A DNA stretch of 64,000 nucleotides from Acidobacteriaceae bacterium. GTDB taxonomy: Bacteria > Acidobacteriota > Terriglobia > Terriglobales > Acidobacteriaceae. The translations under genes and the position numbers were made by a program. Positions 45,987-53,764 of the stretch are shown in pieces (the first letter of the stretch is position 1; each line of letters starts with the position of its first letter). The notes beneath the pieces were generated by a model. It did not search any database and was not told where the DNA came from. It saw only the letters and a program-made list of their open reading frames with translations. Location: NCBI GenBank assembly GCA_030037635.1, contig JASHQH010000321.1, positions 10,571-74,570 of the forward strand, written 5' to 3'.

Positions 45987-48900
45987 TCATTTTTTGCGCT
46001 CTTCGCTCTGCGCCCGAGCGCGTTTTTCCTGAACCCTCGCCCGCGGCCGATTGGCCCGACGTATTCGGCACCGGCGCGGCGTCCGGAATCTCCAACCCCG
46101 CCTTGCGCAAGCCGTCAATGGCGTGCTCGACGAGTTCGGCATCGAAGAATTTGCCGTATTCCAGGCGCGCCGCAGCCGCGAAATCGGGCCGGAGGGCCAG
46201 AAGATCCTGCACCGCCTTTTGCGCCTCCTCGCGCCGGCCGAGCTGGCCGAGTGCGGCGGCTTTTGCGGCCGGCATATGGAAATAGCCCGGCGTATTCGCG
46301 CGAGCGATGATCTGAAGTGCCTCCTCGTATCTGCCCTGCCGATAGGCTCTCCAAAAAACAGGTGAATAGAAAGCGCCGGGAAGGTTGGCATTGCGCTGCA
46401 TGGCCAGTTCCACCATCTGGCATCCCCGATCCCATTCACCCGAGACCGCAAACCCCTGACCCAGATAGGCGAGGATCGAACTGTCGAGCGGATTGAGAGC
46501 CAGGGCTTTTTCTGACTCGGCGCGGAACCCAACCGTTTCCTTGCGGAAGAAGTGAACGGTTGCCAGAGCGAAGTGGCACAAAGCATTGGCGGGTGCCAGA
46601 TCGACGGCACGCTGTGCCGCCGCCAGCGCGCGGTCCAGAAGGTTGCGGCCGGCATCGAATCCCGAAACGAACCCGTTGCGATACATGAACGCGAGCATGG
46701 CCCAGCTGTCGGCGTGGTCCGGAAACTGGTGGACGGCGTGCTCAAGCCTCCTGACGGCCAGGGAATACTCTTCAGGAGTGACGCGGAAGTAGTAGCCGAA
46801 CGCGCTCAGCACGGCTTCATAGGCGCTGAGTTCATCGTCGCTCTTGTTGCGCAGCAACTCGCTCATGCTGCGTGGCAGCACGCCATAAGGGTCGCCAACC
46901 GTGGAGACGATGCGGGGAACCAGATCGTCCTGCACTTCGAAGACCGAGTCCGGGCTGAAGGTGTGCTCGTAGGTCTCGGCCCAGAGGTGGGTTCCGGAGG
47001 TCGTGTCGGTCAGTTGCACCGCCAGACGCAGCTTGCTTCCTGCCTGACGCAGATTGCCCTCTAGCACATATCGCGCGCCAAGTTCTTTGCCGATGGCGCG
47101 AACCTCGCCCGGCTCACTGGAATATTTCGCAGTTGAGCCGCGGGCGACGACACGCAAGTAGGAAAACCGCGAGAAACCGGTGATGACTTCGTCGGAGATT
47201 CCCTCGGCGAGGGACTTCAGGTCTTCATTGCTCCCCGCGTATTTGAAGGGCAAAACAGCCACCCAGAATCCCTCGGCGGCGCGACTTTCGCCGGAAGGCG
47301 CGGGGCTGGAGGAAACACTGGAGGACAGTGCCGGCGCGACCGCAGCGCCCGCTTCCTGAACCTTCAGCCCCGCCTTGCGCAAGCCGTCCATCAGGCGCTC
47401 CACGAGTTCCGCATCGTGATAGTCCAGCTTGAATTCCTTGCCCGCAGCCGCGGCAAAATCGGGCCGCAGCGCCAGCAGCTCCTTCAGCGCCTTCTGCGCC
47501 GGCTCGCGCATGCCAAGCTGCCCATACACTGCCGCCAGAAAGGCGTGAGCCAGAAAATATCCCGGCAGATTGATTTTGAGCGCAATGGTCAAAGCGTCCT
47601 GATATTCGCCTTTGCGGTACGCATTCAAGAACTGGACGAACCAGTACCAACCCGGATGGTGGGGATTCAGTCGCAGCGCAGACTCCGCAAGCGCGCAGCC
47701 ACGCTCCCAATCGCCTGATTGGGCCATCAGAAGCCCCACGTGCGCCAGGTTCGATCCGTCCATCGGATTCAGTTCGATGGCCCGTTCCGCTGGCGCACGA
47801 AATGCCAGCAGATCCTTTTGCAAATACAGCACCGTCGCCAGCGCGCTGTAACCAAGGTTGTTGGTGGGCGCCACATCGATGCTGCGCCGCGCCGCCGCCA
47901 GCGCGCGCCCCAGCGGATCCGGTTGCGCGTTGAATCCGAGCGCATGTTCGTGCCAATAGATCGTCGAAAGCATCGCCCAGATCTCACCCTGGTCGGGCGC
48001 ACTACGCGCAGCCCGTTCCAGAATTTCTCTCACCTGGGCATGCTCTTCCGGCGTAATCCGTTCGAAGTAACTGAAGGCGCGCAGCACGGCTTCATACGGG
48101 CTCAACTGGTCGTCAGCCTTGCGCCGCCGCAGCGCGTCGCAGATGCTGTGCGGCAGAATTCCGTAGTAATCGGCGGCCGTGGAAACGATGCGCGGCACCA
48201 GGTCGTCCTGCAAATCGAAGATCGCCTCCGGGTTGAACGATCGCTCATAGTTCTCTGCCCACAAGTGGGTCCCGGTCGTTGTGTCCGTCAGTTGCACCGC
48301 CAGCCGCAGCTTGTTCCCCGCCTGGCGGATGCTGCCTTCCATCACGTAGCGCGCGCCCAGCTCCTTCCCGATCGCCCTCACATCGCCCGATTCGCTCGAG
48401 TACCTCGACGTCGATCCCCGCGCCACCACCCGCAAATACGAAAAACGCGCCAGCCCCGTCACCACCTCGTCGGAGATGCCTTCGGCGAGCGACTTCAGTT
48501 CTTCATTGCTTCCCGTGTATTTGAACGGCAGCACCGCAACCCAGAAACCCTCGGCAGCGCGCGATGCGCCCGAATCGGCTGCTGCGACGGCCCGCGAAGC
48601 GGTGTTGCCGGCATGATGCGTCCGCGTGCCCGCACGCCCCAATTCGCGGAATTCGTTGCCCACGTCCCGCGCTGTCTGCACGCGGTGCCGCGGATCTTTC
48701 TCCAGGCACCGGCGGATCACGCGCGCCAGGTCGGCGGGCAAGTCAGGCCGGACATCGGTCACCGCTGCCGGCTGATCGCGCAAAATCGACGAGATCAGCT
48801 CCGCTGAAGAGGCGCCTTCGAACGGCCGCGATCCCGTCGCCATCTCGTGCAGCAGCACGCCCAGTGAAAAAATATCGGTGCGATGGTCCAGCGGCCGCCC

Positions 48901-49509
48901 CGAAACCTGTTCGGGCGACATGTAGGCCGGCGTGCCCATCACCATCCCCGCTTGCGTCAGTCCGGCAGAAGTCGTCCCCAGCGACGTCACTGTCGTGGCA
49001 TTCGCATTCGCCGCGCCCAAGTCCTTGGCCAGACCAAAATCCAGCACCTTCACCCGGCCCTCGTTCGTCACCATCACGTTGGCGGGCTTCAGATCGCGAT
49101 GCACGATCCCTTTTTCATGCGCCGCCGCCAGCGCTTCGGCCAGCACGCTCGCAATCTCCACAATGCGCTCCAGCGCCATCCCGCCCGCCGGAACCAGTTG
49201 GTCCAGCGGTTGCCCCTCAATCAGCTCCATGGTGATGAATTGCAGCTCTTCTGTTTCTTCAACCGAGTAAATGGTCACCACGTTGGGATGATTAAGCGCC
49301 GCCACAGCCCGGGCTTCGCGCTGAAATCGCGCCAGCCGGTCCGCGTCGCGCGCCATATCCGCGGGCAGCACCTTCAGCGCCACCTCGCGTCCCAGGTTCG
49401 TATCGGTCGCGCGGTACACCTCTCCCATCCCACCCGCGCCGATCACTGTGCTGATCCGGTAGTGGGAGATGGTGCGCCCCGCAAGACTGGGCCTTTCCGC
49501 GGCTTCCAC
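45964..49509 (-). CDS. Ser/Thr protein kinase with two tandem ~400-aa sensor modules (N-terminal subdomain plus TPR-like subdomain)
   Basis: Kinase motifs GAGGMGEVY, ALK, HRDLKPANV, DFG, GTPAYMSPE; GTG start; 3' end overlaps the crp-family gene by 23 nt. Confidence 0.9.
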   Translation of the reverse strand: MEAAERPSLAGRTISHYRISTVIGAGGMGEVYRATDTNLGREVALKVLPADMARDADRLARFQREARAVAALNHPNVVTIYSVEETEELQFITMELIEGQPLDQLVPAGGMALERIVEIASVLAEALAAAHEKGIVHRDLKPANVMVTNEGRVKVLDFGLAKDLGAANANATTVTSLGTTSAGLTQAGMVMGTPAYMSPEQVSGRPLDHRTDIFSLGVLLHEMATGSRPFEGASSAELISSILRDQPAAVTDVRPDLPADLARVIRRCLEKDPRHRVQTARDVGNEFRELGRAGTRTHHAGNTASRAVAAADSGASRAAEGFWVAVLPFKYTGSNEELKSLAEGISDEVVTGLARFSYLRVVARGSTSRYSSESGDVRAIGKELGARYVMEGSIRQAGNKLRLAVQLTDTTTGTHLWAENYERSFNPEAIFDLQDDLVPRIVSTAADYYGILPHSICDALRRRKADDQLSPYEAVLRAFSYFERITPEEHAQVREILERAARSAPDQGEIWAMLSTIYWHEHALGFNAQPDPLGRALAAARRSIDVAPTNNLGYSALATVLYLQKDLLAFRAPAERAIELNPMDGSNLAHVGLLMAQSGDWERGCALAESALRLNPHHPGWYWFVQFLNAYRKGEYQDALTIALKINLPGYFLAHAFLAAVYGQLGMREPAQKALKELLALRPDFAAAAGKEFKLDYHDAELVERLMDGLRKAGLKVQEAGAAVAPALSSSVSSSPAPSGESRAAEGFWVAVLPFKYAGSNEDLKSLAEGISDEVITGFSRFSYLRVVARGSTAKYSSEPGEVRAIGKELGARYVLEGNLRQAGSKLRLAVQLTDTTSGTHLWAETYEHTFSPDSVFEVQDDLVPRIVSTVGDPYGVLPRSMSELLRNKSDDELSAYEAVLSAFGYYFRVTPEEYSLAVRRLEHAVHQFPDHADSWAMLAFMYRNGFVSGFDAGRNLLDRALAAAQRAVDLAPANALCHFALATVHFFRKETVGFRAESEKALALNPLDSSILAYLGQGFAVSGEWDRGCQMVELAMQRNANLPGAFYSPVFWRAYRQGRYEEALQIIARANTPGYFHMPAAKAAALGQLGRREEAQKAVQDLLALRPDFAAAARLEYGKFFDAELVEHAIDGLRKAGLEIPDAAPVPNTSGQSAAGEGSGKTRSGAERRAQKMISRARRR
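46087..48561 (-). repeat. Intragenic tandem duplication of a ~1.2-kb module (48561-47359 and 47283-46087)
   Basis: Both modules start RAAEGFWVAVLPFKY.GSNE.LKSLAEGISDEV and end ALRPDFAAAA...DGLRKAGL. Confidence 0.85.
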
Positions 49510-49734
49510 CTGCTTCTCATTTCTCCTTGGGTCGGGGCAATGTCGATTCTAACCGCTCCAACATGCAGTCTTTTCGGCTCCTGCAGCTCATCCCCCTCAC
49601 CACGAACCTGGATGCCCCATCCTGACGGCGCTTTTGCTTCTTGCCGTCAGGCTGGGATCGCACCAACCCCACCGTCTCTTGCCGATTCACCCCGAACCGG
49701 GGCGTCCACCCAAGCCCTGCTTGCGTGGGTTTCG

Positions 49735-52452
49735 CTAACTCGCCGGCTCGTTCCCCAGCAGCCGCTCCACTTCCTCCTGCAGCCGCGCCGTGATCGCGGC
49801 TTCGCTGTCCTGCGGCCTGAACTGGATGGCTTCGCCGATGTGCACTTCGAGAATGCCCGAGCGGAACCAGCGCCGCTGCCCCGTCTTCAGTTCCCCCAGC
49901 CCCCGGATGGCCGTAGGCACCACGGGCACGCCGCTTTGCTTGGCCAGCAGCCCGATGCCCGCTCTGAACCGCGCCAGCTTGCCTGACGCCGAGCGCGTGC
50001 CCTCGGGAAAGACCAGCACGTTGTAGCCGTGATCCATGGCCTTGCCCGCGTGCGCGAAGCTCGACTGGAAATCGCGCAGTTGTGGCAAAGGAAAAACATT
50101 GAAGCAGAGCGTGACCAGCCAGTAAGCCGGCGGGCCGAAGAAGTAAAAGCCCTTGTGTCCCGGCGGCCAGTCGGGATTGCGCCCGTGCCGGAAGTCCTCA
50201 AGCATCTCTCCCGACATGGCGATGGCCAGGTGCCGGCGCCAGGGCCCGGCCAGCGCGTATTGAATCAGCGCGCCGTCGTACGCAGTCACGTGATTGCCGA
50301 CCAGAAGCAGCGGACCCTCCGGCAGCGGCTTCGGCGGTCCCACAACGCGAGGCGCAGCGAGAATCCAGGCCAGTGGGCGCAGAATCGTCTCGAAGAACGC
50401 CGCTCGAAACCACTGGAACGGCTTCCACCACGGCCAGGTGGGATAGTGATAACGGTAGCGCGGCTGCGCGGCAATCCCTGTTCTCTGTTCCCTGTTGCCT
50501 GTTACCTGTTCCCTCGTCCCTGGTCCCTCAGTCCCTGCCTTCTCGGTCCCTTGATCCCTGCCGGGGCCCCCAGCGGGCGATATTTGCCCGCTGGGCTGGC
50601 TCGGTCCCTCGGTCCCTGTCGTTACCACCCTCCGCAAATCCCCCAGCGTCTGCACTTCTTCCAGCAGCCCGGTGCCCGAGACCACTCCCAGCCGATCCTC
50701 GATCGCCGCCGCCAGTTGCACCCGTCCCAGGCTGTCCAAGTGTAGGTCTTCGTCCAGGCGGAGCTCGTCGCCCACACCGGGATTGCTTTCGCCGGTGATC
50801 TGCGCAATCAGCGTCAGCAGCCAATCCGCCGAAGGGCCGCCGTTCGTCGAGGCATGGGGCGAGCCGCTGGTGGGCGTAGCGGCCACTGCCTGCACTCGCT
50901 GCAGCCACGCCGCCACGGGTTTCCGTTTCACCTTGCCGGTTGACGTGCGGGGCAGATCGGGTTCCGGCCACAGCACCCACCTGCTGATGCGCTGGAACTC
51001 CGGCAGCTGGGCGTTGGCGCGCCGGATCGCCGCCGCAATCTGCTCGCCCGTCCCGCGTGTTGCCAGCGCGGCGCACGGCTCCGGACCCGTGGGCGTCTCC
51101 ATGGCCACCACCGCGCAAGCTGCGATCTCCGGCTGCTCCTCCAGCGCCGCTTCAATGTCCTCCGGATGTACGTTGAGCCCCGCCGCGGTGACAATCACCT
51201 CGCTCTTCCGGCCCAGAAATTTCAGCTCCCCCGACTCCTGCCGCTCGGCAAGGTCCCCCGTCGCCAGCCACTCGTCCTCTCGTGGGCGCAGCGCGCCGCC
51301 CTGCCAGGTGGCCCCCGAGATCATCTCGCCCCGAACCAGCACTTCCCCGTCCGCGGCCAGCTTCACCTCCCGGCCCGCCATCGGCTTGCCGATGGTGCCC
51401 GCCGCCACGTGGAAGGGATGGTTCAGCGTGATCAGGGCGGTGGTCTCCGTCATGCCGTAGCCCTGGATGAGAACAAACCCCAGAGCGTTCCAGAACTGCT
51501 CCAGCAGGCCGGGCAAGGCGCCCCCGCCGCTCACGAAAGCCCAGAACTTGAACCCGAACTCGCCATGCACCGCGCGGAAACGCCACCACCGCAGCCAGGG
51601 ATTGAGCTTGCGCGACGCCCCCGCCCGCTCCTCAAGTCCCGCGTGGTTCGACTCTAAATGAGACTTCAGCAGCGCCAGCACCCGTGGAACAGTCGCCAGA
51701 ACCGAGACGCGCTCGCCGTGGATCAGCTCGATGAGGCGCGGCGCGGCCAACCGGCTCTCGAAGTGAAGCTCGGCCGTCAGGATGGGCGGAATCCAAAGTC
51801 CCATCGTCTGCCCGAAAACGTGACTCAGCGGCAGCGTATGCAGAATGCGCAGCGGATGCACCAGCCATCGATAGCGCAGGTAGGGCTTGGCGCCGTCTTC
51901 GATGGGCCCCACGCTGGCCAGCACGTTCCCGTGCGTGATGACAATGCCCTTGGGATCGCCGGTGGTGCCCGAGGTGAAGAGAATCTCAAGCGGAGACTCG
52001 CGGGTGAGGCCGGAGATGGGGCCCATTTCCGCAGCCGGCAAATCGTCAAGCCAGTCTTCCAAGGCCAGAGCAGGAATCGCCGGCCCACTCCGCGCCGCGG
52101 CCAGCTTGTCCAACAGATGCATATCCCCCACGGCCAGCTTGGGATTGACGTCGCCAGCCACGCGGGCCGCAAAATCCGCCGATCCGGCCGCATCGAGCGG
52201 AACGCTGAGCACTCCGCGCAGCAGGCATCCATAAAAGGCGGCAATCCACTCCGCGCTGTTTTCGCCCCAAAGCAGCACCCGATCGCCTGCCCCAATCTGC
52301 CGCTCCGCTAAATAGGCGGCAAAACGGCCGGCCAGCCGCGCCAGCTCCCCGTAAGTCGTCACGCGGCGGCGATTTCCCTGATACCGCACCACCGCGATAT
52401 CACGGTCGAAGCGCCGAAAATCGTCGATGAGCGAAGCCAGGTGATCGCGCAT
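49735..52452 (-). CDS. Tri-domain fusion: AMP-dependent acyl ligase, acyl-carrier domain, lysophospholipid (PlsC-type) acyltransferase
   Basis: LFTSGTTGDPKG, GYGMTET, PRTSTGKVKR; carrier LHLDSLGRVQL (Ser codon 50731-50733); acyltransferase NHVTAYD (about 50273-50295) and FPEGTRS. Confidence 0.85.
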   Translation of the reverse strand: MRDHLASLIDDFRRFDRDIAVVRYQGNRRRVTTYGELARLAGRFAAYLAERQIGAGDRVLLWGENSAEWIAAFYGCLLRGVLSVPLDAAGSADFAARVAGDVNPKLAVGDMHLLDKLAAARSGPAIPALALEDWLDDLPAAEMGPISGLTRESPLEILFTSGTTGDPKGIVITHGNVLASVGPIEDGAKPYLRYRWLVHPLRILHTLPLSHVFGQTMGLWIPPILTAELHFESRLAAPRLIELIHGERVSVLATVPRVLALLKSHLESNHAGLEERAGASRKLNPWLRWWRFRAVHGEFGFKFWAFVSGGGALPGLLEQFWNALGFVLIQGYGMTETTALITLNHPFHVAAGTIGKPMAGREVKLAADGEVLVRGEMISGATWQGGALRPREDEWLATGDLAERQESGELKFLGRKSEVIVTAAGLNVHPEDIEAALEEQPEIAACAVVAMETPTGPEPCAALATRGTGEQIAAAIRRANAQLPEFQRISRWVLWPEPDLPRTSTGKVKRKPVAAWLQRVQAVAATPTSGSPHASTNGGPSADWLLTLIAQITGESNPGVGDELRLDEDLHLDSLGRVQLAAAIEDRLGVVSGTGLLEEVQTLGDLRRVVTTGTEGPSQPSGQISPAGGPGRDQGTEKAGTEGPGTREQVTGNREQRTGIAAQPRYRYHYPTWPWWKPFQWFRAAFFETILRPLAWILAAPRVVGPPKPLPEGPLLLVGNHVTAYDGALIQYALAGPWRRHLAIAMSGEMLEDFRHGRNPDWPPGHKGFYFFGPPAYWLVTLCFNVFPLPQLRDFQSSFAHAGKAMDHGYNVLVFPEGTRSASGKLARFRAGIGLLAKQSGVPVVPTAIRGLGELKTGQRRWFRSGILEVHIGEAIQFRPQDSEAAITARLQEEVERLLGNEPAS
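50474..50619 (+). repeat. Complete CCCT-array/B-module repeat copy lying in frame inside the 905-aa CDS
   Basis: CTGTTCT CTGTTCC CTGTTGC CTGTTAC CTGTTCC CTCGTCC CTGGTCC CTCAGTCC...; perfect inverted repeat CCCAGCGGGC (50569-50578) / GCCCGCTGGG (50586-50595). Confidence 0.85.
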
Positions 52453-52559
52453 AAAGGCTCCAGCAAGTTCATGGTAAGCGATGAACTGAGCGGCATAGAC
52501 AAACTACCAAACTGTCCGATAATGGTCTTAGTTTCTCAGGCGGCGTCAAATCTATTCGC

Positions 52560-52591
52560 AAAAGCCCCGGATTGACTACCCGGGGCTTTTT
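52560..52591 (+). terminator. Canonical intrinsic terminator in a divergent intergenic region (orphan)
   Basis: AAAAGCCCCGG-ATTGACTAC-CCGGGGCTTTT + T; perfect 11-bp stem; no upstream gene on either strand to terminate. Confidence 0.6.
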
Positions 52592-52674
52592 GCTGCTCGG
52601 CATCTGCCAAATCGCTGTGACCTAAATCACATCTCGACCCCTCCTGCGACGTACACTGGAGGTATCGAGTTCCC

Positions 52675-53376
52675 ATGAAAAATCTCTTCATCGGCCTTTA
52701 CGTCCTGGTAACCATCGCCCTCATGTTCTGGGGCTACTACCAGGCAATCTACGTGGCGCCCAACGATGCCATGCAGGGCGAAATCTTTCGCATTATTTAC
52801 TACCACGTGCCGTCGGCATCGGTCGCGTTTCTGTTCTTCGCCATCAGCCTCGTCGGTTCCGTCGGGTACCTGGCTTCGCGCCGCGAACATCCCGAACGCG
52901 CGCAGAAATTCGACGCCTGGGCCTTGTCCGGCGCTGAGGTAGGCGTGGTCTTCTGCACCGTGGTGCTTAGCACCGGGCCCATCTGGGCGCGTCGCGCCTG
53001 GGGCATCTGGTGGACCTGGGACGCGCGCCTCACCACCACGCTGGTTCTTTGGCTCATCTACGTCAGCTACTTGCTTTTACGGCGTTTTGCCGCCGGCCCC
53101 CAGGTGCAGACCCTGGCCGCCGTCCTGGGTATCTTTGGCGCGCTCGATGTGCCCATTGTCTACATGTCGAACCGCTGGTGGCGCACCCAGCATCCCGCGC
53201 CTGTGTTTGGCGGCGCAGCGGGTTCGGGCATGGATCCATCCATGGTGGGCGCGCTCATGTGGAATATGCTCGCCTGGTTCGCCTGGGGCCTCTTCATTTT
53301 GTCCTTGCGTTACCGGGTGGAGCGGCAGCACCAGAGGATTTTGGCCGCGGAGGCCCAAGCGGCGCTCAACGCCTGA
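52675..53376 (+). CDS. ccmC: Cytochrome c maturation heme exporter CcmC
   Basis: WGIWWTWDARLT tryptophan-rich (WWD) motif, 6 TM. Confidence 0.92.
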   Translation: MKNLFIGLYVLVTIALMFWGYYQAIYVAPNDAMQGEIFRIIYYHVPSASVAFLFFAISLVGSVGYLASRREHPERAQKFDAWALSGAEVGVVFCTVVLSTGPIWARRAWGIWWTWDARLTTTLVLWLIYVSYLLLRRFAAGPQVQTLAAVLGIFGALDVPIVYMSNRWWRTQHPAPVFGGAAGSGMDPSMVGALMWNMLAWFAWGLFILSLRYRVERQHQRILAAEAQAALNA

Positions 53377-53420
53377 AGGATCACACAGGACCGGAAATCA
53401 ACCGCAGCGACGAGGCAGAC

Positions 53421-53552
53421 ATGGATAGAGTAGCGATTCTCGATCACCAGTTCAGGGTTGCGGCGTACGTCGTCACCTGGCTCATTCAATTGGGCTACCT
53501 GGCCTGGCTGGGGCTCCGCTGGCGATCGCAAAAGCGGCAATCTCAGCGGTAG
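53421..53552 (+). CDS. CcmD-like single-TM small protein (43 aa)
   Basis: Directly after ccmC; MDRVAILDHQFRVAAYVVTWLIQLGYLAWLGLRWRSQKR (TM plus basic tail); hidden in track ORF 53010..53552. Confidence 0.5.
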   Translation: MDRVAILDHQFRVAAYVVTWLIQLGYLAWLGLRWRSQKRQSQR

Positions 53553-53624
53553 CGCAGCACGGCCGCCCGCCGATTCCGCTTTGGCGAGCCGCGCCTCTTG
53601 AACGGTACGCCGATCTTCGCCTAA

Positions 53625-53695
53625 ATCGGAGGGAGCAGCGGCCTTCAGGCCGCTGAATCCCGCGCAAACGATCTTGCGGCTTTAGCCGCGGGCCC
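53625..53695 (+). repeat. Repeat family E, copy 1 (double hairpin)
   Basis: ATCGGAGGGAGCAGCGGCCTTCAGGCCGCTGAATCCCGCGCAAACGATCTTGCGGCTTTAGCCGCGGGCCC; stem CAGCGGCC/GGCCGCTG. Confidence 0.8.
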
Positions 53696-53764
53696 AAACC
53701 GGCCCTCTACCGGAAATTGCCCTTCCCCCCTCCAGCCGGTAGACTGAGGGTTCGAGGGCCAGAC

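Noticed and set aside
52471-52575. 34-codon ORF (MVSDELSGIDKLPNCPIMVLVSQAASNLFAKAPD) ending inside the orphan terminator
   Set aside because: There is no convincing SD. Its codon usage (gta, ata, cta, tta, gtt, aat) is atypical for this GC-rich genome, and no motif is present. A non-coding explanation is preferred.
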